From IMG/VR virus record IMGVR_UViG_3300037484_000445, positions 131,863-195,862 of that record: a DNA stretch of 64,000 nucleotides. One strand, written 5' to 3'. Numbering within the stretch: the first letter of the stretch is position 1; each line of letters begins with the position of its first letter. Below the pieces are notes generated by a model. The model was not told the origin of the DNA. It saw only the letters and a program-made list of their open reading frames with translations, and ran no database searches. The translations under genes were made by a program, and so were the position numbers. Below, piece by piece: positions 41,252 to 51,009 of the stretch. The DNA comes from a virus (taxonomy: Duplodnaviria > Heunggongvirae > Uroviricota > Caudoviricetes).

Positions 41252-41747
41252 ATCCTTTTGGGTTCTGGCTTGGCGTTGGATCAAGCGGTATGTCTTGGCT
41301 CCTCTGCCAGCGATTCTCATCATGGCGGGGGCCATTGTATTGGTCATCTTCGGAGCCAAGAACATTCAGATCGGTGGTCTTTTAGGCAAGCTCTTTGGGC
41401 ATAAAAGTCCTGAGGGCAAGAAGGTCATCGACGTAGTTAACTCTGTTCCTGAGGACCGTGTTGACCAGAACGGCAACATCATTCCGATAGGTACCCCGGA
41501 CGAAAAAGGCATCACCCAAGCGGTTGTTGTCCCCATCGAATCCCCAGGTTTGTTTTCCAATCCGGACAAGGTTGTGATCAAGACGGGTGACGAGAAAGTC
41601 GTCGTGGATCTGCCTGAGGGGATTAAGGCGAAAGACGTCGACAAAGTGATCGTCGTGAGGCCCGAAGTCCTAGCTGTAACGGTAAAAGACACGTCGAAGG
41701 TACCAGCGTCCAAAGTAGACGATCTTCTCAATAAGTACGGTAGTTAG
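41238..41747 (+). CDS. N-terminally membrane-anchored protein (i-spanin-like position)
   Basis: Basic residues, then one TM (LPAILIMAGAIVLVIFG), then a soluble beta-rich domain. Confidence 0.5.
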   Translation: MPNPESFWVLAWRWIKRYVLAPLPAILIMAGAIVLVIFGAKNIQIGGLLGKLFGHKSPEGKKVIDVVNSVPEDRVDQNGNIIPIGTPDEKGITQAVVVPIESPGLFSNPDKVVIKTGDEKVVVDLPEGIKAKDVDKVIVVRPEVLAVTVKDTSKVPASKVDDLLNKYGS

Positions 41748-41755
41748 GAGGACTC

Positions 41756-42403
41756 ATGCTCAAGGTTTCTTTGGGTGACCCTATTGACGAGTCCCTAACA
41801 AGGGCTCTTGCAAAGCAGTTGCTGACGTATGCCTGTAACGGGGATCAATGTCGCCCTGAGAAGGGTGATAGTATCTACGATGCAATCACGGAGAACCGTG
41901 ATTGTGGCTCCAAGTACTCCTCTTGTGGTGATTTAGGCCACTGGTTGTTGTACCGCCTTGGGGTTCGGTTGGGTATGATCAACCGTAAGGAAAACCTGGG
42001 TTGGGGTATGGGACAAAACGTCTCTAAGCTAGCTTGGTGTTCTTACTCTAAGGTTCCGACACGGGACAGCATTTTTGATTGTGGTGACATTATCATCATT
42101 TGGAGCAAGCCCGATGGTGTTGATGCCCATGTGATGTGTGTGCTCGAAGACCGTAACACTAACGGTACGCGTGAAATTGTTACGGCCAACTATGGCCAGC
42201 CAGGTGGTAAGATCTTCTCTTCCAAGGTAACCTATTCCAAATTCGGGAATACCGAACACATGATGATAGGGCAACGGACTATTCAGAGATGGGTACCCCT
42301 CATGAGTGTTCTGGCTGGGGCGAAGAAAGAGTCCAAGCTTGAAGACGCCGAGGATGTCACACGAGCAGATGATGGTTCCTTCGTTTGGACGTGTGGTGTA
42401 TGA
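41756..42403 (+). CDS. Putative endolysin, CHAP/NlpC-P60-like Cys-His amidase
   Basis: YSSCGDLGHW (Cys), GDIIIIW...AHVMCV (His) and ANYG in papain-like order; AGGAGG SD. Confidence 0.6.
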   Translation: MLKVSLGDPIDESLTRALAKQLLTYACNGDQCRPEKGDSIYDAITENRDCGSKYSSCGDLGHWLLYRLGVRLGMINRKENLGWGMGQNVSKLAWCSYSKVPTRDSIFDCGDIIIIWSKPDGVDAHVMCVLEDRNTNGTREIVTANYGQPGGKIFSSKVTYSKFGNTEHMMIGQRTIQRWVPLMSVLAGAKKESKLEDAEDVTRADDGSFVWTCGV

Positions 42404-43020
42404 AAGGCCCAATGCTAAAGCGAGCAGCCCTTCTGACGTTTCTTCTATCGTCCCAAGCACTAGCACAAGCGACGCCGGGAGAGGCTGCTTGTAGCGGCAC
42501 CTGTGTGTCTCCAGAGGACTTGAAAGCTTTCGTGGAGATCGCACGCGAGAAGAAGTGCCTTCAGACGACTAAACCCACGTTTGACTTGGATCCGGTCAAC
42601 ATCATTGTGGATAAGGAGGGTCGGATCTTTTTCTCGGGATCTAACCCACATCCGTACACTCTTCGGATGAAGTGGTGTACGTACGAAGTCCAGGCCGAAG
42701 GCAAAGTCAACGTCATAGCAGCCGTTCAAGAGCCTGCTACATACGGATTTCGTTTTAGGCCGAAGGCTTTTGCTGGCTACCTGCTAGCTGACCCGTTTCG
42801 AGGTGGTGGTACCTGGTCTTCGGCCATAGATGCTGGTTTGATGGTCGACGCCTTCTATGTGCGGGACTTCAACCTGAATGTGCATGTGGGCTTTCGTTCG
42901 TTCGGGGCCGGCTTTGGCGTGGATGTTTTCAAAAACTTTGGCGGGTACGTCGGATATGCCGTAACTTGGGATGGCTTTCGCTCCAATCCCGAAGCAGCCT
43001 TGTGGTTTGCTTTTTGGTGA
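42400..43020 (+). CDS. Secreted protein with C-terminal outer-membrane beta-barrel-like strands
   Basis: Sec signal (ALA/QA); alternating Gly/aromatic strands; terminal ALWFAFW resembling a BAM beta-signal; ATGA-coupled. Confidence 0.6.
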   Translation: MKGPMLKRAALLTFLLSSQALAQATPGEAACSGTCVSPEDLKAFVEIAREKKCLQTTKPTFDLDPVNIIVDKEGRIFFSGSNPHPYTLRMKWCTYEVQAEGKVNVIAAVQEPATYGFRFRPKAFAGYLLADPFRGGGTWSSAIDAGLMVDAFYVRDFNLNVHVGFRSFGAGFGVDVFKNFGGYVGYAVTWDGFRSNPEAALWFAFW

Positions 43021-43068
43021 ATTCCTCGACGAAACAGTTGTGTAAATCAGGTGCTAGCTAATTGTTTT

Positions 43069-43074
43069 GGTGTA
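43069..43074 (+). promoter_or_regulatory. GGTGTA promoter motif
   Basis: 13 nt before ATG 43088; recurs upstream of seven genes. Confidence 0.65.
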
Positions 43075-43087
43075 GGGTCCAAGACAC

Positions 43088-44422
43088 ATGTTGATCCCTA
43101 CGGAGATAATTCTCGGTGATTGCCGAGAAGTGCTGAAGACGCTTGAGGCAGATTCCTTTGACTCAATGGTCACGGATCCTCCGGCAGGGATCGCCTTTAT
43201 GGGTGCTGATTGGGACACCCACACACTTGATGGCTTCGAAGACTTCCTCACTGAAGTGTTCACTGATGCCTACAGAGTGTTGAAGCCTGGGGCTCATATT
43301 CTAGTCTGGTCTATTCCGAGGACATCTCACAGGACCGCCTGTGCCATTGAAAGGGCTGGTTTCGATATTAGGGATGGGCAACCCAATGTGAAGGATCGAT
43401 CGGCGGAGGTGAACGCCTTTTTGGATAGTCTGGCCCCTGAACAAGTTGAGCTTCTTTTGCGAGCGGGCCCTGCTGATTCCTTCGTTCTTCACATTTTTGG
43501 TCAGGGTATGCCCAAAAGCCTCAACGTCCAAAAAGCTCTTGCCAAAGCCGGTAGCGAGGAAGCCGCCAAGTGGCAGGGTTTTGGTACGGCTTTGAAGCCT
43601 GGTATCGAGATCTGGTGGATGGCTAGAAAGCCTCTTCGAGAAGAAACTGTGATTGCACAGGTTCTAGCTACTGGAACTGGGGTTATCAACATCGACGGTT
43701 GCCGAGTGGACGGGGATATGTCCGAACTCATCAATCAGGGGACGGGAAAGCCCAGATCTGGTGTAGGGAGCCACTACAACGACAAGGGTGGTTTTGGAGG
43801 CGATGCTGCCAACCCACCCAATCCAGCTGGTAGGTGGCCGGCGAATGTTGTCCTTCAACACGGACCCGACTGCAAAGAGACTGGTGTTAGGGTCGAAAAA
43901 TGGGAATGTTCCCCCGGTTGTCCCGTCAAAGTTCTTGATGAGCAGAGCGGAAATCGCCCTGGTATGTCTGGCGGGGGTGTCCACAGAAAGGACTATGAGG
44001 GGGGATTGTTTGGGGGTATTAACAGCACCAACACAGCTCGGAACGATTTCGGTGGGGCCTCACGCTTTTTCAACCAATTCGAACCTGATCCTGAAGCAGC
44101 CCCGTTCTTCTACACAGGGAAGGTCACCGCAACCGAACGCAAGGACGGTCTTGAAGACGAAGAAGGCGTCAACAAGCACCCCACAGTCAAAACTCAGAAG
44201 CTGATGCGGTACTTGGTACGTTTGGTCACTCCGCCCAAAGGACGAGTTCTAGACCCCTTCTGTGGCTCCGGAAGCACTATTGTTGCCGCCCTCGAGGAAG
44301 GAATGGGTGGTGTGGGTATTGAGCGTGAGGTGGGATTTCACAGAATTGCGAGTGCCCGGGTTGCGACATCTCTCAAGAAATTAACGAATACCCAGGATTA
44401 CCAAGACTTTTTTGAAGAGTAA
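43088..44422 (+). CDS. N6-adenine/N4-cytosine DNA methyltransferase (beta class)
   Basis: GDCREVLK, VTDPPAG (DPPY-like), RVLKPGA, HPTVK, VLDPFCGSGST. Confidence 0.92.
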   Translation: MLIPTEIILGDCREVLKTLEADSFDSMVTDPPAGIAFMGADWDTHTLDGFEDFLTEVFTDAYRVLKPGAHILVWSIPRTSHRTACAIERAGFDIRDGQPNVKDRSAEVNAFLDSLAPEQVELLLRAGPADSFVLHIFGQGMPKSLNVQKALAKAGSEEAAKWQGFGTALKPGIEIWWMARKPLREETVIAQVLATGTGVINIDGCRVDGDMSELINQGTGKPRSGVGSHYNDKGGFGGDAANPPNPAGRWPANVVLQHGPDCKETGVRVEKWECSPGCPVKVLDEQSGNRPGMSGGGVHRKDYEGGLFGGINSTNTARNDFGGASRFFNQFEPDPEAAPFFYTGKVTATERKDGLEDEEGVNKHPTVKTQKLMRYLVRLVTPPKGRVLDPFCGSGSTIVAALEEGMGGVGIEREVGFHRIASARVATSLKKLTNTQDYQDFFEE

Positions 44423-44424
44423 TT

Positions 44425-44430
44425 GGTGTA
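44425..44430 (+). promoter_or_regulatory. GGTGTA promoter motif
   Basis: 12 nt before ATG 44443; no SD in the spacer. Confidence 0.65.
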
Positions 44431-44442
44431 ACGTGTTTTCAC

Positions 44443-47400
44443 ATGGCAAAGAAGGACGTCAAGCCTGATTGGGGGACGAAGGACCAAGCTTTGCTTGAGC
44501 GCTTGCGGGCCATTCGAACCCGTAAGGATCTCAAGCTTCCCTATTTACCCAAGATTCTGAGGACTGAAGTTCCCGATTTGAGCGGAGACTTGCAGCCTTT
44601 CAACTTCCGTTACTACCAAATCCAAGGGATCTTGAGCATGGTAAGCCTCAAGAGAATGGTCCTTGGTGACGGCACGGGCTTAGGTAAGTGCGTCAGCCTG
44701 GACACACTTATCCAAACTAGTGTTGGGACAGTGTCTCTAGGTTCTTTGGCCCCAGAAGGATGTCTAGCAGAGGGATTCCATCCTTTTGAGCGAGATGTTG
44801 CAGTCTGTACTAGTGTGGGTACAGCTAGGATTAAGAGATTCTATTGGGGTGGATCTAGACCAACTTTGAAAGTGGTTACTCGTAATGGCTATCATCTCGA
44901 GGGTAGCCTGATACATCCTCTGCTTAGGCGGAATGCTGAAGGAGAGAGATTTACAACGCTACCTGAGTTGTGCATCGGCGATCATCTTTGTCTCTACCGT
45001 GGGGGAGGGGTGTTTCCTGAGTCTAGCCCAAAAATAGCCTTCCAGCATAATTTCGCCCCTAATGCCAAGAGATTTACATACCCCGAAGAGGTTACGCCAG
45101 ATCTTGCCACACTTCTCGGCTATGTGATCGCTGAAGGTAACGCTACTAATTATGTTACGATCGTCACTCAGTATAAGGACTTGAACCCTGAGCCGCACGC
45201 TGAGATCCGATCACTCTTCAGATCGGTATTTGGTTGGGAAGGTAACTTTGAAAACAAGCAACAGGACGTTAGTATTGCTGTTTCCAGTGTGGCTATTAGA
45301 TCTTACTTGAGGGCTTGCGGTATAGACAACGCCCTATCCGCCGGTAAAGAGATACCTTGGTGCATCATGCAAGGCACTAAGGAAGTCATTCGCAACTTCT
45401 TGTCTGCTTTCATTGAGGCTGAGTGCTCTGTAGAAAAGGGTGGTGTGGAGGTGTCGTCGGCCTCCGAGAAACTCTTAGACCAGGTTCAGGTTCTTTTGCT
45501 TCAGTTCGGAGTAGTCTCCACAAGAGCCCCCAAAAAAGTAAAGGGTTACGAACATAACGACTACTGGCGTCTCACGTTTTTTGGTGACAGTGCCCGGGTT
45601 TTTCAAGAGGTGATCGGTTTACGTTCCAAGAAAAAGAAGAGCCTTTTGAGTGTAGGCCTAACCACAGCATCCAACCCGAATAAGGACCTTGTCCCTCACG
45701 TCACTCAGGAGATCCACGCTCTCAAGGATTTGATTTTTAGGGCTGTCACTCGTTATGGGTCTAACCCTAATCGCACGGGTTCTGGCATAAAGCAATTCGG
45801 TGAGTCCTTTCGTTCAACTCTCAAGAATATCCTTTCGGGTAAACGTAACCCCAGTTATCAGTGGCTACGCAAATTGCTCAAGGTGTCAAGTTCTTTGGAC
45901 CTAGGTGACACTTCTGAGCATCGAGTCCTCGATGAAATTGTTTCTAAGCATTACTTTTACGATCCAATTGTCAGTATTGCCCGAAGCCATACTGTTGTTG
46001 CCGACCTTGAGATAGACGATCCTAGTCATTGTTTTGTTGGCAACGGTCTGATCAACCACAACACGATCGAGACCATCGGAACGCTTTCATATCTCTGGGA
46101 CAAAAACCCCAACATGAAGGTCGTGGTGGTTGCCCCAAAAAGCGCTATCGGTCAATGGGGAGACGAGGTTCAGCGATTCACTTACGGTGTCAAAATATTC
46201 ACGGCTACGGCGCCGAAGAAGGCTAAAGACGTTGCGGCCGTAGAGATTCGAAAGGGCATCTACGAAGCCTGGAAAACCCATGAGGGGCCGGCTGTCCTCG
46301 TCATGAACTACGCCATTTTGATTCGTGATTGGAACTACGGCGCTTACCAACCGCTGCTGCCTAACGGTGACCCCGATCCAAAGCATCCCGTTCAGCCAGG
46401 TCTGCTCAACCTGATTATGCAAAGTGTGGGACCCCAGCTAACGGCCATCTTTGATGAAGCTACAGCGTTCAAGAGCCGTGCGACCAAGACTTGGGAGACT
46501 GTGGCCTTTCTTTGTCGTCAGACCAATCGAGCCTACGCTTTAACGGCTACTTTGCTCAAGAATCGTTTGATCGAAGGCTTCCACATCTACGGGGCATTGA
46601 TGCCCGGTGTTTTCACGACGCAGAAGGCATTCTTCGACGACTATTGCTATGTTGAGCTCAAAAAGGTGGGTAAGGCCAGGATCCCTATCATCAAGGGCTA
46701 CAAGAACCTGGATGGCTTCCGCGAGCGTATTGAGTTGGTCTATTTAGGCCGTCCTAAACATGAAGTCTCAGACGAGCTACCCACACTCTCCACGAGGGAA
46801 GTTACCTTCGAGTTGGATGAGATCGAAATTGCTAAGTACCACGAGGCTACGACGGGGTTGTTGTCCTTGGGTGATGGATCCGTTAGGGACTTCGAGAAGA
46901 CCAAACTCCTTACTAGCTTGATCTACTGCCAACAGGTGGTCAATTCCTTGGCGCTTCTCAAGTTCAATGAGGGCGCTTTCATTGACACCAGTTGGGACGA
47001 TATGGAGGGACAAAAGGTCAAGGAGCTCAGCAGTAAAGAGCAAGCCCTTGTTGACCTCCTCACCGAAGAGTTAGACGACGACAAGGTCATCGTCTACACG
47101 CGATTCGCGAGCCATGTGCCCCGTCTACAGGCCATTCTAAAGAAGCATCGGATCGAGAGCGTGGCCATCACAGGGGCCCAAAAGGATCCCGAGCGTAAAG
47201 CGGCCCAGAAAGCTTTCCAGGACCTCAAGTCTAAGACCAAGGTAATCTTCATCACTGCGGCTGGATCCGAGGCTATCAACCTTCAGGCAGCGGCAGGGCT
47301 GGTCTTCTTTGACATGCCTTGGTCGTGGGGGGACTACGTTCAGATTCTAGGGCGGATGATTCGCATAGGATCCCCCCATAAGGGCGTCCTATGCTTTCAC

Positions 47401-47598
47401 TTGTTGGCTAAATTGCCAGGAAGAGGGCAGGACGCTCAAACCATCGATCATTACGTACTAACAAGGTTACGTAAGAAGAAGGGGTTGATCGACAAAGTTC
47501 TGGGTGAAGCGGCTGTGGGTGCATTGAAGTTCGAAAAGGACTCTGAAGACGCTGTAGGCGATCTCATCAGAGCTATCCGGAGGAATGCTCGTGCCTGA
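44443..47598 (+). CDS. SNF2-family helicase containing an intein
   Basis: YQ motif, GDGTGLGK|T, DEAT, LTAT, SEAINLQ, QILGRMIRIG. Confidence 0.9.
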   Translation: MAKKDVKPDWGTKDQALLERLRAIRTRKDLKLPYLPKILRTEVPDLSGDLQPFNFRYYQIQGILSMVSLKRMVLGDGTGLGKCVSLDTLIQTSVGTVSLGSLAPEGCLAEGFHPFERDVAVCTSVGTARIKRFYWGGSRPTLKVVTRNGYHLEGSLIHPLLRRNAEGERFTTLPELCIGDHLCLYRGGGVFPESSPKIAFQHNFAPNAKRFTYPEEVTPDLATLLGYVIAEGNATNYVTIVTQYKDLNPEPHAEIRSLFRSVFGWEGNFENKQQDVSIAVSSVAIRSYLRACGIDNALSAGKEIPWCIMQGTKEVIRNFLSAFIEAECSVEKGGVEVSSASEKLLDQVQVLLLQFGVVSTRAPKKVKGYEHNDYWRLTFFGDSARVFQEVIGLRSKKKKSLLSVGLTTASNPNKDLVPHVTQEIHALKDLIFRAVTRYGSNPNRTGSGIKQFGESFRSTLKNILSGKRNPSYQWLRKLLKVSSSLDLGDTSEHRVLDEIVSKHYFYDPIVSIARSHTVVADLEIDDPSHCFVGNGLINHNTIETIGTLSYLWDKNPNMKVVVVAPKSAIGQWGDEVQRFTYGVKIFTATAPKKAKDVAAVEIRKGIYEAWKTHEGPAVLVMNYAILIRDWNYGAYQPLLPNGDPDPKHPVQPGLLNLIMQSVGPQLTAIFDEATAFKSRATKTWETVAFLCRQTNRAYALTATLLKNRLIEGFHIYGALMPGVFTTQKAFFDDYCYVELKKVGKARIPIIKGYKNLDGFRERIELVYLGRPKHEVSDELPTLSTREVTFELDEIEIAKYHEATTGLLSLGDGSVRDFEKTKLLTSLIYCQQVVNSLALLKFNEGAFIDTSWDDMEGQKVKELSSKEQALVDLLTEELDDDKVIVYTRFASHVPRLQAILKKHRIESVAITGAQKDPERKAAQKAFQDLKSKTKVIFITAAGSEAINLQAAAGLVFFDMPWSWGDYVQILGRMIRIGSPHKGVLCFHLLAKLPGRGQDAQTIDHYVLTRLRKKKGLIDKVLGEAAVGALKFEKDSEDAVGDLIRAIRRNARA
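44689..46062 (+). mobile_element. Intein (458 aa) with LAGLIDADG homing endonuclease, inserted in Walker A
   Basis: Starts C-VSLDT after GLGK and ends INHN before T; LLGYVIAEG and FLSAFIEAEC blocks; block B S..H. Confidence 0.93.
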
Positions 47599-48484
47599 AG
47601 AAACCCTCTGCAAGCACTGCGGCATGAAGCCCCTGCAGGAGTGTACTAATAGTCACATTCCCATCGACGGGTCCACCTGCAAGGAATGCCCGAACATGAG
47701 GCTATCTCGAATAGCAGGTGTCATACGTAGCCGCATGACACCTGAGATGCTGAAAGTACCTCATGTAACGGAAAGCCCCCTGTATTCTCCTAGGAAGAAG
47801 GGTGAGACGACCCCTTCTGTGAACAGACTTGGCGACAACCTGTTCATCAGAGGCATTACACGCCGAGGGTTGTTGGCTCACTTGAAGCTGATGGTTATGT
47901 GTCAGCCCCTAAAATTCAGCCTCATTGACGATGCTTTCATCCTGGAAGTCTCTTTGGGCAAGCAGCAGTACAACAATCGACCTAAGGACCTTCGAGAGTC
48001 CATACGAACGTACAACTCGATCAACGACCTCATTGGTAGTGAGTTCGATTTGGTGATCATAACCGTAGGTATTCAATCCTACAAGAATGTGTCCTCAGCA
48101 GCACAATTCTTGGAGACACTGAAAAAGCGTAGGGATGTCTACGACAAGGCCACGTGGATCTTGGAACCCCCGGGTTCGAACTGGCATTTGTCGCGTAACG
48201 ATGATGTGGACAAGTACTTGGAGGCTCACTTTGAGTTGGTCGAGATGGAGTCCGAACTGTGTGATCCTGAAGAGGAAGTCCTCATCGAATCTGAAGACAC
48301 TAAGCCTGAATCCCTAGACGATTACGAGGAGACCTCTCTTGTGCAGGAACGTCCTACACCAAAGAAAAAAGCGACAGTCAAGAAGGTCCTCATTGAGACA
48401 CCGCCTGAAGCTTCTTCGGACTTCGCGGATTTGTCTGAAGGGAATATCAGTAAGCCTAAGTCTTACAAGGGGGGTTACCGTTAA
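47585..48484 (+). CDS. Degenerate DnaC/IstB-like helicase loader with N-terminal Zn finger
   Basis: CKHC...CKEC; remnants NLFIRG, DLVII and 'L..R......TWI'; TAATG-coupled to DnaB. Confidence 0.5.
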   Translation: MLVPEETLCKHCGMKPLQECTNSHIPIDGSTCKECPNMRLSRIAGVIRSRMTPEMLKVPHVTESPLYSPRKKGETTPSVNRLGDNLFIRGITRRGLLAHLKLMVMCQPLKFSLIDDAFILEVSLGKQQYNNRPKDLRESIRTYNSINDLIGSEFDLVIITVGIQSYKNVSSAAQFLETLKKRRDVYDKATWILEPPGSNWHLSRNDDVDKYLEAHFELVEMESELCDPEEEVLIESEDTKPESLDDYEETSLVQERPTPKKKATVKKVLIETPPEASSDFADLSEGNISKPKSYKGGYR

Positions 48485-49959
48485 TGCCTAAGCGTCTATT
48501 GCGTGGGGTTATTGACTTTGGGGATGGCCGGTTACCTCCAGATAGCCAGCGTGCCAATTGGCAGCGACTATCAAGGGCTGGATTTGAATGGCTCAACCCA
48601 GATGAACGAAAGATTGCTGATTTCGTCAAAGAGTACACACAGGAGAACTTAGAACCTCCTAGCTCCGACATTGTTCACAACTTCTTTGAACGAGCGAATG
48701 AGCTGACCGTAGTCGACAAGCTACAAGACATCAAATCCGTTGAGGTGTACGGCAACCGAACGCATTATGCTTCGTTGCTAAAAGGCCTGATTGAGGATCA
48801 GAACCTAACTAGGTTTCGTCGGCTCATTCAGGACACCGAAGAGATTGCGACTAAGGGCAGGATTGTCAACAAGGAGACCCTTAAGGGCACCAAGGCGGCT
48901 CTTCTCTATTTCAACCAGAATGTTTACAGCGCGATCCCAGCTGACACAAACGCCCGTACGGAAGGCGAAGTCCTTTCTGACGCTGGCCAAGCTTGGGAGG
49001 AGTACCAATACGTCAAAGCCAATCGAGGAAAGGCCTATGGCCGTCCAACAGGGTTAGACCATGTAGACAAGGTTTGCCATGGTTGTAAGAAGGGTGAGAT
49101 GTGGATTCACGCGGCAGCCCCAGGCGAATTGAAAACCACTATGGCTATGAACTGGGCCTACAACCTAGTCACTAGGTATCGAGCCAACGTGCTCTACATT
49201 AGCCTCGAGATGAAGTACGAGCATTTGCGTCGTTTGGCTTGTGCCCTACACACATCGAACGGTAAGTATTTGGAGCAAGGCTATAAAGCTTTGGACTACC
49301 GTAAGATCCGTGACGGTGAACTAAACTCGGATGAAGAGGTGTTCTATCAAGAAGTCCTCAAGGATTTTGAGACCAACCCAAAGCATTGTCGCTTCAAGGT
49401 GTGGGCTCCGGATCACGATGTTACCATCGGAGATATCCGGGTCTATGCCGAGCTCATGCATAAGAGCCTTGAAGTAGGCTTGATTGTCATTGACCATGGT
49501 GGCTTGGTCAAGGCGGCGAAGAGTCACAAGGACTATACAGTTGAGCTAAATTCAGTCCTTCGTGATGCAAAGAAACTAGCCCTACACTTCAATGGCGGTG
49601 AGGGCGTTCCCGTTTTGATGCTGTTCCAGATCAATCGCACGGGTAAGGAAACCGTGGACAAAAAGATCGGCAAGGAAGGCGAAGGTTTGTACAATATGTC
49701 TGCCTTGGCTTACAGCAACGAGGCTGAGAAGTCTGCCGATTACATCACTACGACGTACCTGCATGAAGACCTCCGGCGTCAAGGGGCTACGATCTTGGCC
49801 AACCTGAAAAATCGCGACAACGACCTATTTAGCCCCACCAAAATACGAGTCGACTTCAGTTGCAGACGACTGTTCAACTGGGACCTTCAGGACCAGTCCG
49901 ATATTGGTTGCTCCGTGCTGTCTCAAGAGGATGTAGACGCTATCGGTCCTTTGGTTTAG
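48484..49959 (+). CDS. dnaB: Replicative DnaB-like helicase
   Basis: PTGL..VD, AAPGELKTT, YISLEM, IVIDH, LFQINR, AEKSAD, LKNRD. Confidence 0.9.
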   Translation: MPKRLLRGVIDFGDGRLPPDSQRANWQRLSRAGFEWLNPDERKIADFVKEYTQENLEPPSSDIVHNFFERANELTVVDKLQDIKSVEVYGNRTHYASLLKGLIEDQNLTRFRRLIQDTEEIATKGRIVNKETLKGTKAALLYFNQNVYSAIPADTNARTEGEVLSDAGQAWEEYQYVKANRGKAYGRPTGLDHVDKVCHGCKKGEMWIHAAAPGELKTTMAMNWAYNLVTRYRANVLYISLEMKYEHLRRLACALHTSNGKYLEQGYKALDYRKIRDGELNSDEEVFYQEVLKDFETNPKHCRFKVWAPDHDVTIGDIRVYAELMHKSLEVGLIVIDHGGLVKAAKSHKDYTVELNSVLRDAKKLALHFNGGEGVPVLMLFQINRTGKETVDKKIGKEGEGLYNMSALAYSNEAEKSADYITTTYLHEDLRRQGATILANLKNRDNDLFSPTKIRVDFSCRRLFNWDLQDQSDIGCSVLSQEDVDAIGPLV

Positions 49960-49961
49960 GT

Positions 49962-50606
49962 ATGGCTGAGCCCAACGAGGCACTAAAGGCGTGGTTCGAG
50001 CACCGTGTAAAGACCATTCACGATAAGGTGACGGTCTACGACATCTTACGGCGCAACGGCATAGCTCTTAGACATAACACTGATCGTGTAGAACAGATCT
50101 CTTGCCCATTTCACGGCAAGGATGAAAACCCCTCGGCTCGAATCTATCCTGGTGACGCTAAGAGCCCGGCACACATTTGGTGCTTTGTGTGCCGGGAACG
50201 TTGGGACGCCATCAGCCTTTGGAAGAAGTATGGCGGCGACGAGACGAAGAAGTTCCACCAGGTTCTCTCAGAGATGGAGAGGACTTTTGGCATCACGCCT
50301 CCAGATATCTCGAGTGATGCCTTTACTCAAGGTCCTTCACAAGACTCTCGGGCACAAGAGAACTTTGAGCGCTTGTATCGCGTGTGCGAAGAGCGTCTCC
50401 TCAATGTACGTGAGGATTATGTGACGTTTGACGATATGACCGGGTACTTGACCATAGGTTCAGTCTTAGACAAACTCGTGTTTGGGGTGACTGAGGGTAA
50501 AATCACCTTTCAGGCCGGGTGTGATCTTTTGACACAACTTCGCCAACGCATTGCAGACAGAATTCAGAGGGGCTATGAGTCGGCAAGTCCGTCTTCCCAC
50601 TCTTGA
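49962..50606 (+). CDS. Stand-alone primase-type CHC2 zinc-finger protein
   Basis: CPFH..DENPS...WCFVC; no TOPRIM domain follows. Confidence 0.8.
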   Translation: MAEPNEALKAWFEHRVKTIHDKVTVYDILRRNGIALRHNTDRVEQISCPFHGKDENPSARIYPGDAKSPAHIWCFVCRERWDAISLWKKYGGDETKKFHQVLSEMERTFGITPPDISSDAFTQGPSQDSRAQENFERLYRVCEERLLNVREDYVTFDDMTGYLTIGSVLDKLVFGVTEGKITFQAGCDLLTQLRQRIADRIQRGYESASPSSHS

Positions 50607-51006
50607 AATGGGTGACCTGCAAGTCCTGTTGGTTTTCACTGTTGGGAACGAGTGGGAGCCGGAGTGGGAGCCGTTGAGAGGTACCCTTTTTGGAGACCAG
50701 TTCAGTGTGATACCCAAAGAGGCCGTGGATCACGCGTTTCATCGGCTTTCCAAGCCCATGACAAAGGCTTTGGGTATTCAGCCTCAGGGCGCTTTACGAA
50801 AAATCCCACTGGAATCCAGAATGTGCTTCCGTCGTAACAAGTGCCCCATGTTTGATCACAAACAATGCTTCCCTGAAGCCAAAAACATGCCTTGGTGTTT
50901 CGAGCCCGATGGTGTAGAACCTGAATCTGTAAGACAATTAGCCACACAAGCCATCGAACTTTGGCGTCGTGGGATCTACATAGTCGTAGTGCAAGATGGA
51001 GCCTAA
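50575..51006 (+). CDS. Hypothetical protein with four-Cys cluster
   Basis: C-x5-C-x7-C-x9-C; within the replication operon. Confidence 0.65.
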   Translation: MSRQVRLPTLEMGDLQVLLVFTVGNEWEPEWEPLRGTLFGDQFSVIPKEAVDHAFHRLSKPMTKALGIQPQGALRKIPLESRMCFRRNKCPMFDHKQCFPEAKNMPWCFEPDGVEPESVRQLATQAIELWRRGIYIVVVQDGA

Positions 51007-51009
51007 CGC

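Noticed and set aside
42395-42400. GGTGTA at the start of the barrel-like gene
   Set aside because: Overlaps the ATG itself and lies in upstream coding sequence; spacing does not fit the other copies.
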